Below the pieces are notes generated by a model. That model was not told the origin of the DNA, ran no database searches, and worked only from the letters and a program-made list of their open reading frames with translations. From assembly GCA_964346195.1 (NCBI GenBank), contig CAYFUB010000097.1:4688-68687 (forward strand): a stretch of 64,000 bases of DNA. The letters run 5' to 3'. Positions within the stretch are counted from its first letter, which is position 1. Each line of letters begins with the position of its first letter. Made by a program: the position numbers and the translations under genes. Positions 28,297 to 37,829 of the stretch are shown here, in pieces. The stretch comes from an uncultured Pirellulales bacterium (lineage in GTDB: Bacteria > Planctomycetota > Phycisphaerae > Sedimentisphaerales > Anaerobacaceae).

Positions 28297-29886
28297 GTGA
28301 AAAGGGAAAACATGATGAGGAGTGTGCCTGTTCTTGTTCTCCTGACGGTCCTGGTCGCAACCGCGGGGACAGACGCGGGGCACAGCCCATTTGAAGGGGC
28401 GGCTGTTACGGCGCCCCAGGGCAAAATCGACGAGCTGGTCTTCGCCAGGTTGGCGCAACTGGGGATTGAGCCTGCCAATCTCTGCTCGGACGCCGTGTTT
28501 GTGCGGCGGGCCTATCTGGACGTGATTGGCACCCTGCCCACCGCCCAGGAGGCCAGAGCATTCCTCTCGGACCGCGACCCGAACAAACGCGGTGCCCTGA
28601 TCGAGCGCCTGCTGGAACGTGAGGAATTCGCGGATTACTGGGCGATGAAATGGAGCGACCTGCTGCGGGTCAAGGCGGAGTTTCCCATCAATCTGTGGCC
28701 CAACGCGGCCCAGGCGTATCACCGCTGGATTCGGACGTCGATTCGGGAGAACAAGCCGTACGACCAGTATGTCCGCGAGATGCTCACGGCCAGCGGCAGC
28801 AATTTCCGTGTGCCCCCGGTCAACTTCTACCGCGCCATGCAGAACAGAGAGCCGCCCGGCATCGCGCAGACTGTGGCCCTGACGTTCATGGGCGTGCGCG
28901 CGGAGAACTGGCCCAAAGACCGGCTGGCCGGCATGGCGGTCTTCTTCTCGCAGATCGGTTATAAGCCCACAGGAGAGTGGAAAGAGGAGATCGTCTGTTT
29001 CGATCCCAACCACGCGGCCGAGCCGGGTGGCGTGGCGCAAGCCGCGGTCTTTCCGGATGGGACCCAGGTTCGACTGGCACCGGACCGGGACCCGCGGGAG
29101 GTCTTTGCCGATTGGCTCATTGATGTGGAAAACCCGTGGTTCGCTCGCAACATCGTCAACCGCATCTGGTCCTGGCTGCTGGGGCGTGGCATCATCCACG
29201 AGCCGGACGATATCCGGCCGGACAATCCGCCGAGCAATCCGGAGTTGCTGGCCTGGCTGGAGAAGGAGTTGGTCGCGTCGCACCACGACCTCAAACATAT
29301 CTACCGGCTGATTCTGAACTCGCAAACGTACCAGCTTTCCTCCATTGCCCGTGACGACGATCCCAGGGGCGCGGCCAATTTCGCCTGTTATCCCCTGCGG
29401 CGGCTGGAAGCAGAAGTACTGATTGACGCCCTGTGCCAGATCACTGGTACGACGGAGGAGTATTCCAGCGCCATTCCGGAACCGTTCACCTTCATCCCGG
29501 AGGACCTGCGCTCGATTGCGCTGCCGGACGGCAGCATTACCAGTTCCTTCCTTGAAATGTTCGGGCGCCCGCCGCGCGATACCGGCCTGGAATCGGAACG
29601 CAACAATCGTCCCACGGCCGCCCAACGGCTGCATCTGCTGAATTCAAGCCACATCCAGCGCAAGATCGAACAGAGCCCAAAGCTCGGGCTGCAAATGCGA
29701 GCCAAGGCAAATCCGCGGCAAGTTGTCACCGGACTTTACCTGACGATTCTCTCGCGTTTCCCGACGGACGAAGAGTTGAAGATTGTGGCCACATATGCTC
29801 AGCCCGGCGGGGCCAAAGGCCGCGAGGCCGCCGTGGACCTCGCCTGGGCGCTGATCAATAGTGCCGAGTTCCTCTACCGGCATTGA
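28297..29886 (+). CDS. DUF1549/DUF1553 domain protein (PSD1-type, planctomycete-expanded family)
   Basis: Signal peptide MMRSVPVLVLLTVLVATAG. DUF1549-like: FVRRAYLDVIGTLPTAQEARAFL...EEFADYWAMKWSDLLRV. DUF1553-like: NPWFARNIVNRIWSWLLGRGIIHEPDD...LILNSQTYQLSS. The start could be 28312. Confidence 0.85.
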   Translation: MKRENMMRSVPVLVLLTVLVATAGTDAGHSPFEGAAVTAPQGKIDELVFARLAQLGIEPANLCSDAVFVRRAYLDVIGTLPTAQEARAFLSDRDPNKRGALIERLLEREEFADYWAMKWSDLLRVKAEFPINLWPNAAQAYHRWIRTSIRENKPYDQYVREMLTASGSNFRVPPVNFYRAMQNREPPGIAQTVALTFMGVRAENWPKDRLAGMAVFFSQIGYKPTGEWKEEIVCFDPNHAAEPGGVAQAAVFPDGTQVRLAPDRDPREVFADWLIDVENPWFARNIVNRIWSWLLGRGIIHEPDDIRPDNPPSNPELLAWLEKELVASHHDLKHIYRLILNSQTYQLSSIARDDDPRGAANFACYPLRRLEAEVLIDALCQITGTTEEYSSAIPEPFTFIPEDLRSIALPDGSITSSFLEMFGRPPRDTGLESERNNRPTAAQRLHLLNSSHIQRKIEQSPKLGLQMRAKANPRQVVTGLYLTILSRFPTDEELKIVATYAQPGGAKGREAAVDLAWALINSAEFLYRH

Positions 29887-29918
29887 CCGGAAAGAAAACG
29901 AAAGGCAGGCGGCATGAC

Positions 29919-31427
29919 ATGAGCAAGACAATTTCCAGACGTGAGATGCTACGCCATAGTCTCCTGGGTACTGCCGGTCTGCTCCTGGGCAGAGGTTTGG
30001 CCGGGGGCGCTTCGGGGACGTCGCCATCGCCCACTGACCAGGGTAAGTCCGTTTCGGTTAGACCCAACATAGTCATTATTCTGGCCGACGATCTCGGGTG
30101 GGGCAGTGTCGGATGCTATGGGGCCGACCCGAAGCTCGTGCGCACGCCGAACCTTGATCGACTGGCAAACGAAGGCCGCCGCTTCACCGATGCGAATACG
30201 GCGTCCTCCGTCTGTTCACCCACGCGCTATGCGCTGTTGACGGGCCGCTACTGCTGGCGCACGTCGCTGCAATACGAAGTGCTGAACGTCCGCGCCCCGC
30301 TGCACATCGAGCCGACACGGGCCACCCTCGCGTCCATGCTCAAATCACTGGGCTACCGTACGGCGGTCCTCGGCAAGTGGCATCTCGGCTATCAGTCGCA
30401 GAAGACGGACTACACCAGGCCGTTGCGTCCCGGCCCGCAGGACGTCGGCTTCGATTACCAGTTCGCCGTCCCGTCCAATCATGGCGACGCCACGGGCGTT
30501 TACGTCGAGGGCGACCGGGTGGCGGGACTGCGTTCCGCGACACTGAGCCCGGACAAGTACAAGAATTGGAGAGGCACTCGACAGCTCGGCCTGGACGCCC
30601 CGCAGCGGGTGGACGAGGACGTGATGCCTACGCTGACGGAAAAGGCCGTGGCGTGGCTTAAGCAACAGGAGCAGGGTCAGCCGTTCTTCCTCTACTACGC
30701 GCCGGTCGCCGTGCACAATCCGGTCACGCCATCGAACCAGACGAAGGACACGAGCCGCGCGGGTCCATATGGCGACTGGATTCACGAGCTGGACCGTTCC
30801 GTCGGCGCCGTGCTGGCGGTGCTGGACGAGAAGGGCCTGACAAATGACACGCTCGTGCTGTTCACGTCCGACAACGGGGGCGAATTCTTCGGTGAAAAGC
30901 AGGCCGCCGCACGGGCCGCAGGGCTCAAGTCGATGGGGCCGTTCAAAGGCGACAAGCACACCATCTGGGAAGGCGGCTTCCGCGTCCCGTACATCGTGCG
31001 TTGGCCCGGCCGGGTGGCGGCAGGTACGGCTTGTGACGAGATGGTCAGCCTGACAGATACGTTCGCGACCCTTGCCGCGCTGGTGGGCGTGCCGATGCCG
31101 GTCGCAAGCCAGGCCGCCGAAGACAGCTTCAACATCCTGCCCGCGTGGCTGGACGAGAGGCATGATGCGCCATTGCGTCCTCATATGATCGTCCACAGCG
31201 CCGATGGCGTTTTCGCCATCCGCCAGGGGCCTTGGAAATGGATCGAGGGTAAACCCGCCAAGCCCAAGCCGCCGCAAGCCCGCCGCGACGAATTCCATCC
31301 GCAGCTTTACAATCTGGCGAATGACATCGGCGAGACTACGGACGTGCAGGACTCGAACCCGGCTGTGGTCGCAGAATTCAAGGCACTCCTGAGTCGTTGC
31401 CGGGAACAGGGCCGGAGCCGCGGATGA
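29919..31427 (+). CDS. arylsulfatase (formylglycine-dependent sulfatase family), Tat-type signal
   Basis: Start trimmed to ATG 29919. Signal: ISRREMLRHSLLGTAGLLLG. IVIILADDLGWGSVGCYG. C-x-P-x-R motif in SSVCSPTRYALLTGRY. TSDNGG. Confidence 0.9.
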   Translation: MSKTISRREMLRHSLLGTAGLLLGRGLAGGASGTSPSPTDQGKSVSVRPNIVIILADDLGWGSVGCYGADPKLVRTPNLDRLANEGRRFTDANTASSVCSPTRYALLTGRYCWRTSLQYEVLNVRAPLHIEPTRATLASMLKSLGYRTAVLGKWHLGYQSQKTDYTRPLRPGPQDVGFDYQFAVPSNHGDATGVYVEGDRVAGLRSATLSPDKYKNWRGTRQLGLDAPQRVDEDVMPTLTEKAVAWLKQQEQGQPFFLYYAPVAVHNPVTPSNQTKDTSRAGPYGDWIHELDRSVGAVLAVLDEKGLTNDTLVLFTSDNGGEFFGEKQAAARAAGLKSMGPFKGDKHTIWEGGFRVPYIVRWPGRVAAGTACDEMVSLTDTFATLAALVGVPMPVASQAAEDSFNILPAWLDERHDAPLRPHMIVHSADGVFAIRQGPWKWIEGKPAKPKPPQARRDEFHPQLYNLANDIGETTDVQDSNPAVVAEFKALLSRCREQGRSRG

Positions 31428-31460
31428 GCGTGCCCTTATTTTGCATGGGACACGAAGATT

Positions 31461-32906
31461 ATGGAGACAGCCATGAGCATCCAACATGACTCAGCGGGCC
31501 TGATCTCAGGCAGGAACGGCACGCCGATCTCCAGGCGTGAGGCAATGCGGCGCGGCCTAACCGGTGCGGCCGGATTGCTGCTGGCCAACCGCACGGGGCT
31601 TGCTCCGGGTGGCAGCGTCAAGGCCGAAGGCCTTGGCGATGGTTCCGCCGCATCCGCACAGAGCCATCGCCAAGCTGCGCTTGACGCTGCCACCCGGGCT
31701 CGGGCCAAGGCGGTGATCCAGATTTGGATGTGGGGCGGGCCGTCACACCTGGACACGTTCGATCCGAAGCCGGAGGCGGGCAATGACTACTGCGGGCAGC
31801 TGAGCAATCCGATCCCCACCAACGTGGACGGCATCATCATCGGCGAATTGCTTCCCCTGCTGGCGAAACAGGCCGACAAGTACTCCATCATCCGCAGCAT
31901 GACCCACGGCGTGAACGCCCATGAGACCGCCTCCTATATGGTCCAGACCGGGCGGGCCTCCGGCGGGCGCGACGTATTTCCGTGCGTCGGGGCCGTCGTC
32001 TCGCTGTTCAAGGGCTATGAGGCGGGTTACAAGGGATTGATTCCGCCGTACATCGTGCTGACCGAGCCGCAGGGGCGGTTCTCCGAGGCGGGATTCATGG
32101 GCTCGCGCTACAAGCCTTTTGCCACGGGCGGCGACCCGGCCCGGACCCCGTTCGTCGTGGAAGGTGTTGTGGCCCAGGGCATTTCCGAGCAGCGGCAGAG
32201 GAATCGCCGCGAATTGCTGCAGGAACTGAACACGCTGGGACGTGTCATGGAAGGCGACGCCCAACTGGCGGCTTCGGAGCAGGCCGAGCGACAGGCGTAT
32301 GACCTGATTCTGGGCGACGCGGGCAAGGTGTTCGATCTCTCACAGGAGACGGTCGAGCTGCGGGACGGCTACGGCCGCAACACCTTTGGCCAATCGTGCC
32401 TGATCGCCCGGCGCCTGGTCGAGCGCGGCGTCACTTACGTCACCATCAACTACAAAGGCTGGGATACGCACAAGCAGCATTTCCAGATCATGCGCCGGAA
32501 ACTGCCGGAGATGGACAGGGGCATGGCGACCCTGCTGCAGGACCTGTCGGATCGCGGCCTGCTGGACAGCACGATCATCTGGTGGAGCGGTGAGTTCGGC
32601 CGAACGCCCAAGGTCCAGTGGGAACCGCCCTGGAACGGCGGCCGCGGCCACTACGGCAAGGTCTTTTCCGCCGTGGTCGCCGGCGGCGGATTCAAGGGCG
32701 GCCGCGTGGTCGGTGCCTCCGATGCAAAAGGCGAGGAAGTGAAAGAGCGGCCCGTGTATCCCTGTGACCTCATCGCCAGTATGTACGAGTTGCTCGGCAT
32801 CGATGCCAGCGCCAAACTGCCGCACCCCCAAGGCCTGGACGTCCGCGTGACGCCGACCATCGCCGACGGCGTGGCCATGGGCGGCCGCTTGAAAGAAATC
32901 ATGTAA
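31461..32906 (+). CDS. DUF1501 domain protein (sulfatase/phosphatase-like fold), Tat-type signal
   Basis: SRREAMRRGLTGAAGLLLA. IQIWMWGGPSHLDTFDPKPEAG. WSGEFGRTPKV. Confidence 0.9.
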   Translation: METAMSIQHDSAGLISGRNGTPISRREAMRRGLTGAAGLLLANRTGLAPGGSVKAEGLGDGSAASAQSHRQAALDAATRARAKAVIQIWMWGGPSHLDTFDPKPEAGNDYCGQLSNPIPTNVDGIIIGELLPLLAKQADKYSIIRSMTHGVNAHETASYMVQTGRASGGRDVFPCVGAVVSLFKGYEAGYKGLIPPYIVLTEPQGRFSEAGFMGSRYKPFATGGDPARTPFVVEGVVAQGISEQRQRNRRELLQELNTLGRVMEGDAQLAASEQAERQAYDLILGDAGKVFDLSQETVELRDGYGRNTFGQSCLIARRLVERGVTYVTINYKGWDTHKQHFQIMRRKLPEMDRGMATLLQDLSDRGLLDSTIIWWSGEFGRTPKVQWEPPWNGGRGHYGKVFSAVVAGGGFKGGRVVGASDAKGEEVKERPVYPCDLIASMYELLGIDASAKLPHPQGLDVRVTPTIADGVAMGGRLKEIM

Positions 32907-35221
32907 TGCCGGAGTACCCGTATATGCACAGCACCATTGAGAATCTCACGTACGACGGGTGGCAGCGGCAAGTACCGGCTTGCCGATGGCGGACCATTCT
33001 TGTGCCAATAACTGTTCTGGCGGTCGTGCCGGTTGCGTGGGCCCAGCAGGTGAGCCCGCGAATTGGCTATGTCTATCCCGCCGGCGGCCGGCAGGGCCAG
33101 ACGTTCGAAGTGAAGGTCGGCGGGCAGTATCTGAACGGCGTCGCCCGTGCAGATGTCTCCGGCGGCGGCGTTCAGGTCACCGTCGTCGAGCATACCAAAC
33201 CTCCGACGCAGAAGCAGATCAACGAGATGAGGCAGAAACTGCAGAAGCTGCAAAAAATGGAGGAAAAGGACGCGGCGGTCCGGGAGGAGATTGCTGAGAT
33301 CAGAAAGAAGCTGGCCAAGTTCAACCGGAACGCCAACCCCGCGATTGCCGAGACGGTCACGCTACGGGTCACGATGGACCCGAACGCCCCACCCGGCGCA
33401 CGGGAGTTGCGGCTGGCAACGCCGACTGGCTTGACGAATCCGCTGGTCTTCTGCGTCGATCAACTGCCGGAGTTCTGTGAGACCGAATCGAGCGACGACG
33501 TCCCGCCGAGGGGCAGCATAAACCCACGATTCAACCGGCCACTGCAACGCCGCGAACCCGAGCCACAGATGAATGTCACGCTGCCGGCGGTCGTGAACGG
33601 CCGAATCATGCCCGGCGACGTGGACCGGTATCGATTCGAGGCGCGCAAGGGTCAGCAATTGGTCATCGTCGCTCGTGCGCGGGGATTGATCCCTTATCTG
33701 GCGGACGCGGTCCCCGGCTGGTTTCAGGCTACGCTGGCCCTCTACGATGCCAAGGGCAACGAATTGGCCTATAACGACGATTATCGCTTCCATCCCGATC
33801 CGGTCCTCTTTTACGAGGTCCCCGAGGACGGTGAGTATGTGATCGAGATCAAGGACGCCATCTATCGTGGCCGCGAGGATTTCGTCTATCGCATCGCTAT
33901 CGGTGAACTGCCGTTCATCACGAGCATCTTCCCTCTGGGCGGTCCGGCCGGCGCTCGGACGGCAGTCGAGGTCAGAGGCCGAAATCTGCCCAAGGTCCGG
34001 CTGACGCGAGATAATAAGGGGCAAGAGTCGGGAATCCATTGGCTCTCCGTGCGCCGGGGTCAATGGGTTTCCAATCGTGTGCCTTTTGCGGTAGACACGT
34101 TGCCGGAATGCCGGGAAGAAGAATCGAACGATGCGCAGCAAGACGCTCAGCGAGTCACGCTCCCGGTCATAGTGAACGGGCGCATCGACAAAGGCGGCGA
34201 CCGGGACGTTGTTTGCTTCGAAGGCCGGACCGGCGACGAGGTCGTTGCCGAAGTCTACGCGCGCCGGCTCGGTTCACCACTGGATTCCGTGCTCAAGCTG
34301 ACCGACGCCACCGGCCGGCAACTTGCGTTCAATGACGATCATGAGGACAAGGGGGCGGGACTGGACACGCACCACGCCGACGCCTGGCTCTGCGCTACTG
34401 TGCCCGCGAACGGGACCTATTACCTTCACTTGGGCGATGCCCAGCACCAGGGGGGCGAGGAATATGGCTACCGCCTGCGGATCAGCCCGCCCCGGGCTGA
34501 TTTCGAGTTACGAGTGGTGCCTTCCAGCGTCACTGTACGCGGCGGGGCATCTGTTCCCCTGACGGTGTATGCCCTTCGCAAGGACGGGTTCTCCGAGGAG
34601 ATTGCGCTGGCACTGAAGGACCCGCCGGCGGGATTCATGTTGAGCGGCGGCTGGGTGCCGGCAAACCAGGACCAGGTTCGGCTCACGCTGGCGGTCCCGC
34701 CGAAGCCCGTCGAGGAGCCGGTCAGCGTGGTTCTGGAAGGTCGCGCGGTCGTCGGCGGCCGGGAAATCTGCCGGCCGGTTGTGCCCGCCGACGACATGAT
34801 GCAAGCCTTTGCGTATCGGCATCTCGTGCCCGCCCGGGAATTGAAGGTGACCGTGTCGGGACGCTGGATGTCCAAAGCCCCGCTGCGAGTCCTCGGCACG
34901 ACTCCCCTCAAGATCCCCGCCGGTGGGACGGCCCGCGTCTCGATCGGGGCGCCGGGCGGCGCATCCGTCTCCCGGGCCCGACTCGAATTGAGCGAGCCGC
35001 CGGAAGGAATCGCCATCCAGGACGTTGCGGCGATTCGCGACGGCGCGGAACTGGTGCTGAAGGCCGATGCCGCCAAGGTCGAGCCCGGCCTGAGCGGGAA
35101 CCTGATCGTCAACGTCTTTGCCAGACCCCCGGCCTCCGGCAACGCCAAGCCGCAGGTCAACCGGCGGCGCGCGCCGCTGGGCGTCTTGCCGGCCATCCCC
35201 TTCGAAATCGTCGAGCCGTAA
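32906..35221 (+). CDS. secreted protein with two pre-peptidase C-terminal (PPC)-like domains
   Basis: The ATG overlaps the DUF1501 stop (TAATG). Two PPC-like blocks: VNGRIMPGDVDRYRFEARKGQQLVIV...LALYDAKGNELAYNDD...EDGEYVIEI and VNGRIDKGGDRDVVCFEGRTGDEVVAEV...LKLTDATGRQLAFNDD...ANGTYYLHLGD. Confidence 0.7.
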   Translation: MPEYPYMHSTIENLTYDGWQRQVPACRWRTILVPITVLAVVPVAWAQQVSPRIGYVYPAGGRQGQTFEVKVGGQYLNGVARADVSGGGVQVTVVEHTKPPTQKQINEMRQKLQKLQKMEEKDAAVREEIAEIRKKLAKFNRNANPAIAETVTLRVTMDPNAPPGARELRLATPTGLTNPLVFCVDQLPEFCETESSDDVPPRGSINPRFNRPLQRREPEPQMNVTLPAVVNGRIMPGDVDRYRFEARKGQQLVIVARARGLIPYLADAVPGWFQATLALYDAKGNELAYNDDYRFHPDPVLFYEVPEDGEYVIEIKDAIYRGREDFVYRIAIGELPFITSIFPLGGPAGARTAVEVRGRNLPKVRLTRDNKGQESGIHWLSVRRGQWVSNRVPFAVDTLPECREEESNDAQQDAQRVTLPVIVNGRIDKGGDRDVVCFEGRTGDEVVAEVYARRLGSPLDSVLKLTDATGRQLAFNDDHEDKGAGLDTHHADAWLCATVPANGTYYLHLGDAQHQGGEEYGYRLRISPPRADFELRVVPSSVTVRGGASVPLTVYALRKDGFSEEIALALKDPPAGFMLSGGWVPANQDQVRLTLAVPPKPVEEPVSVVLEGRAVVGGREICRPVVPADDMMQAFAYRHLVPARELKVTVSGRWMSKAPLRVLGTTPLKIPAGGTARVSIGAPGGASVSRARLELSEPPEGIAIQDVAAIRDGAELVLKADAAKVEPGLSGNLIVNVFARPPASGNAKPQVNRRRAPLGVLPAIPFEIVEP

Positions 35222-35244
35222 CGGCCACGCATGGAGACCAGGAA

Positions 35245-36549
35245 ATGAGCATGAAGGCGCTCATCGTTCCGGTGATGGTCATCGGACTGACGCACTCCCA
35301 GGCAGGTCTGGCGCAAGATCGCCAGACCGGCGCTTACAAGATCGTCGAGCATGACGGAAAATGGCAACTGTTGCGAGACGGCGCGCCGTTCTACGTCAAA
35401 GGGGCCGTGGGATGGCAGTCCTACGACGTCTTGCGCCGGTGCGGTGCGAATTCGGTACGGACGGGGGCGAGCCAGGCGAGTCTGGACCGGGCCCACCAAT
35501 CCGGCCTGGCAGCAATGGCCAACCTGCCCGTCAGGGGCGAGCGAAGTGGGCTGAACTGGGGTGATGAGCGGATGGTCGCGGAGCAAAAGCAAAGGGTCCT
35601 GCGGATCGTGCGCGAATTGAAGGACCACCCGGCGCTGATGTTCTGGGCAGTGGGCAATGAGCTCGATTGGATCCCGCCCGGCGTTCCGTACAATCCCAGA
35701 CTCTGGGCGCGGCTCAACGACATCACGGCGGATATCCACCGGCTCGACCCGAGCCACCCGGTCATGACCGTCGTCGGCACAGGCGGATACGAGCACAAGA
35801 TCCAGGAGATTGCCAGACATTGCCAAGATATGGACCTGCTGGGGATCAACGCATACGGCGACATCGATGCGGTGACGGAATTGACGCGGCGGTTCTGGCT
35901 CAAGCCGTACGTGATCGCCGAGTGGGGACCGACGGGGCACTGGCAGGTCTCGAAGACGCAATGGCGGGCGCCTATCGAAGAAACCAGCACGGAGAAGGCC
36001 CGGGCCATCCACGACCGATATACGAGAGTCATCCAGGCCGATGCCGGCCACTGTCTCGGTTCCTTCGTTTTTCTGTGGGGTCAGAAGCAGGAGACGACCC
36101 ACACGTGGTACGGGCTGTTTCAGGACGGCCTGGAAACCGAGGCGGTCGGGGTCATGCAGTATCTGTGGAGCGGGACATGGCCGCAGAACCGAGCCCCGGC
36201 GGTGCCGGCACTCGACATTATCGGATTCTCCGACCGGACCCGGGTGTACCTTCAGCCGGGGGGAGTGTACGAGGCGAGGGTCGTGTCCTGTGACTGCGAT
36301 TTCGACCCCCTGACCTTCAAATGGGATATTCGGCCGGAGGTCGAGATTCCCAGGAATTCCTACGCCGGCGGCGGAGAGAAACCGGCCGTTCCTCTGCCCG
36401 GGCTGATACAGGAGGGCAGCGGCACACAGATTCGTTTCGCGGCGCCCGAGGGCGAGGGACCCTATCGCCTCTTCGTGCAGGTCCTCGATGGGCAAGGTCA
36501 TGTGGGCTATGCCAATGCGTCCTTCTATGTGCGCGAGCAATCGGAATGA
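35245..36549 (+). CDS. secreted clan GH-A (beta/alpha)8 glycoside hydrolase (GH2-TIM-like), family unassigned
   Basis: Signal peptide MSMKALIVPVMVIGLTHSQAGLA. Candidate acid/base in FWAVGNELDW and nucleophile in YVIAEWG. DLLGINAYG. Confidence 0.7.
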   Translation: MSMKALIVPVMVIGLTHSQAGLAQDRQTGAYKIVEHDGKWQLLRDGAPFYVKGAVGWQSYDVLRRCGANSVRTGASQASLDRAHQSGLAAMANLPVRGERSGLNWGDERMVAEQKQRVLRIVRELKDHPALMFWAVGNELDWIPPGVPYNPRLWARLNDITADIHRLDPSHPVMTVVGTGGYEHKIQEIARHCQDMDLLGINAYGDIDAVTELTRRFWLKPYVIAEWGPTGHWQVSKTQWRAPIEETSTEKARAIHDRYTRVIQADAGHCLGSFVFLWGQKQETTHTWYGLFQDGLETEAVGVMQYLWSGTWPQNRAPAVPALDIIGFSDRTRVYLQPGGVYEARVVSCDCDFDPLTFKWDIRPEVEIPRNSYAGGGEKPAVPLPGLIQEGSGTQIRFAAPEGEGPYRLFVQVLDGQGHVGYANASFYVREQSE

Positions 36550-37158
36550 CCATAGGGGTGGATCTGAAAAGGGTCCGAGACCCCCGACGCGCTGGACCGC
36601 GTTTGGGAACGGTCCTGACGCGGAATCATGGGTCTGGGAGACCGCCAGCCCAATGCCACTCGTACCGGCGGTTACCGCCGTCATTTCCCTGTAACCGCCG
36701 GCCGGACCACCGCCACTTACAGGGTGAAATGCAGCAGTGGGGGCGGGTTTGAGACTCGCCCCCGCGGCGCTCAGATGGAGATTCGGTACAGAGGAGTCAG
36801 AGCCATGGATTCCGAGGAGATGAGAGCGGAGTTGGAGAGATTTGTGAATGCAGGTTTGCAGGAAGGGTGGCATGGATGGCCGCTCAAGAGTGCGATTGGG
36901 GCCCCGAAACCTCGGAGGCGATCCCTCGCTTCGGGCAGGAGTTCCTCGACGCGACTGAGTGTATTGGGGGCTCCGAGCCCCACCGGCCGCGAAATAGTGC
37001 GGTTGGACACCCCGATCATCTTGACTGGTTGGCAAAAGCTCTCTGCGGTACTATCATCGCTGAGTTGAGAGTTGAAGAAGTCGGGCGCGCGCCCGCTATG
37101 ATCGTACGGGCGGGTCTGAAACCTATCCGTACAACCTGATATCAGAAGGAGATGGAAG

Positions 37159-37743
37159 ATGCGAAGAAAGGTGATTGCGATTGGTGTCGTGGCCTGCGTG
37201 TTGGCCTTGGTCGTCGGGAGCCTGTCCATTGCCCAGCCGCCCGCGCGTGGCGACCGGGGTGCCGCGGGAGGAGACAGAGGCGGCAGGTTCGACCCGGCGC
37301 AGATGCGCCAAATGATGGCTCAGCGGCTGAAGGAACAGCTTGGCGTCGATGACCAGGCCTGGAAGGTGATGGAGCCGCGGCTCATGAAAGTCATGGAGCT
37401 CAACCGCCGGGTGTCGGGCATGGGAGGACGTGGCGGTACGTTCTTCGGCGGTTTCCGGGGACAAAGGCCGGGGGCTGAAGGCCGCGGGCCGGCCGACAGA
37501 CCCGGATTCGCGGGACAGCAGCCCAATAGAGAGCTGACGCCGGTGGAGAAGGCCACGGAACAACTGCGGACCACTCTTGAGAATCAGTCGGCGTCGCCAG
37601 AAGAGATCAAGAAGCAACTGACGGCGGTCCGTGAGGCGCGAGAGAAGGCGAAACAGGAGTTGGCGGCGGCCCAGCAGGAACTCCGGCAGATCCTCACGTT
37701 GCGGCAGGAAGCCCAGTTGGTGCTCATGGGACAACTGAATTGA
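37159..37743 (+). CDS. small secreted coiled-coil protein, Spy/CpxP-like (one LTXXQ motif)
   Basis: aaggag 7 nt upstream of the ATG. Signal/anchor MRRKVIAIGVVACVLALVVGSLSIA. Gly/Arg-rich linkers. ILTLRQEAQL contains LTXXQ. Confidence 0.55.
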   Translation: MRRKVIAIGVVACVLALVVGSLSIAQPPARGDRGAAGGDRGGRFDPAQMRQMMAQRLKEQLGVDDQAWKVMEPRLMKVMELNRRVSGMGGRGGTFFGGFRGQRPGAEGRGPADRPGFAGQQPNRELTPVEKATEQLRTTLENQSASPEEIKKQLTAVREAREKAKQELAAAQQELRQILTLRQEAQLVLMGQLN

Positions 37744-37752
37744 TGATGGATA

Positions 37753-37818
37753 ATGGATGATTGATGATGCAAGGAGAAGTCTGGAGCCTTCTTTAATCAT
37801 CCATCATCAATCATCCAT
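37753..37818 (+). promoter_or_regulatory. AT-rich 17-bp perfect stem-loop immediately upstream of gspE
   Basis: ATGGATGATTGATGATG (37753-37769) pairs perfectly with CATCATCAATCATCCAT (37802-37818) around a 32-nt loop. It ends 11 nt before ATG 37830. No U-tract follows. Confidence 0.5.
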
Positions 37819-37829
37819 AATCAATACTT

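Noticed and set aside
36628-37229. ORFs 36628-37068(+), 36867-37139(+) and 36771-37229(-) as genes, including a faint HTH-like stretch (IGVSNRTISR) on the minus strand
   Set aside because: They are mutually overlapping, none has an RBS, the composition is atypical, and I recognise no family. At best they are a decayed remnant. The region is reported as unexplained instead.
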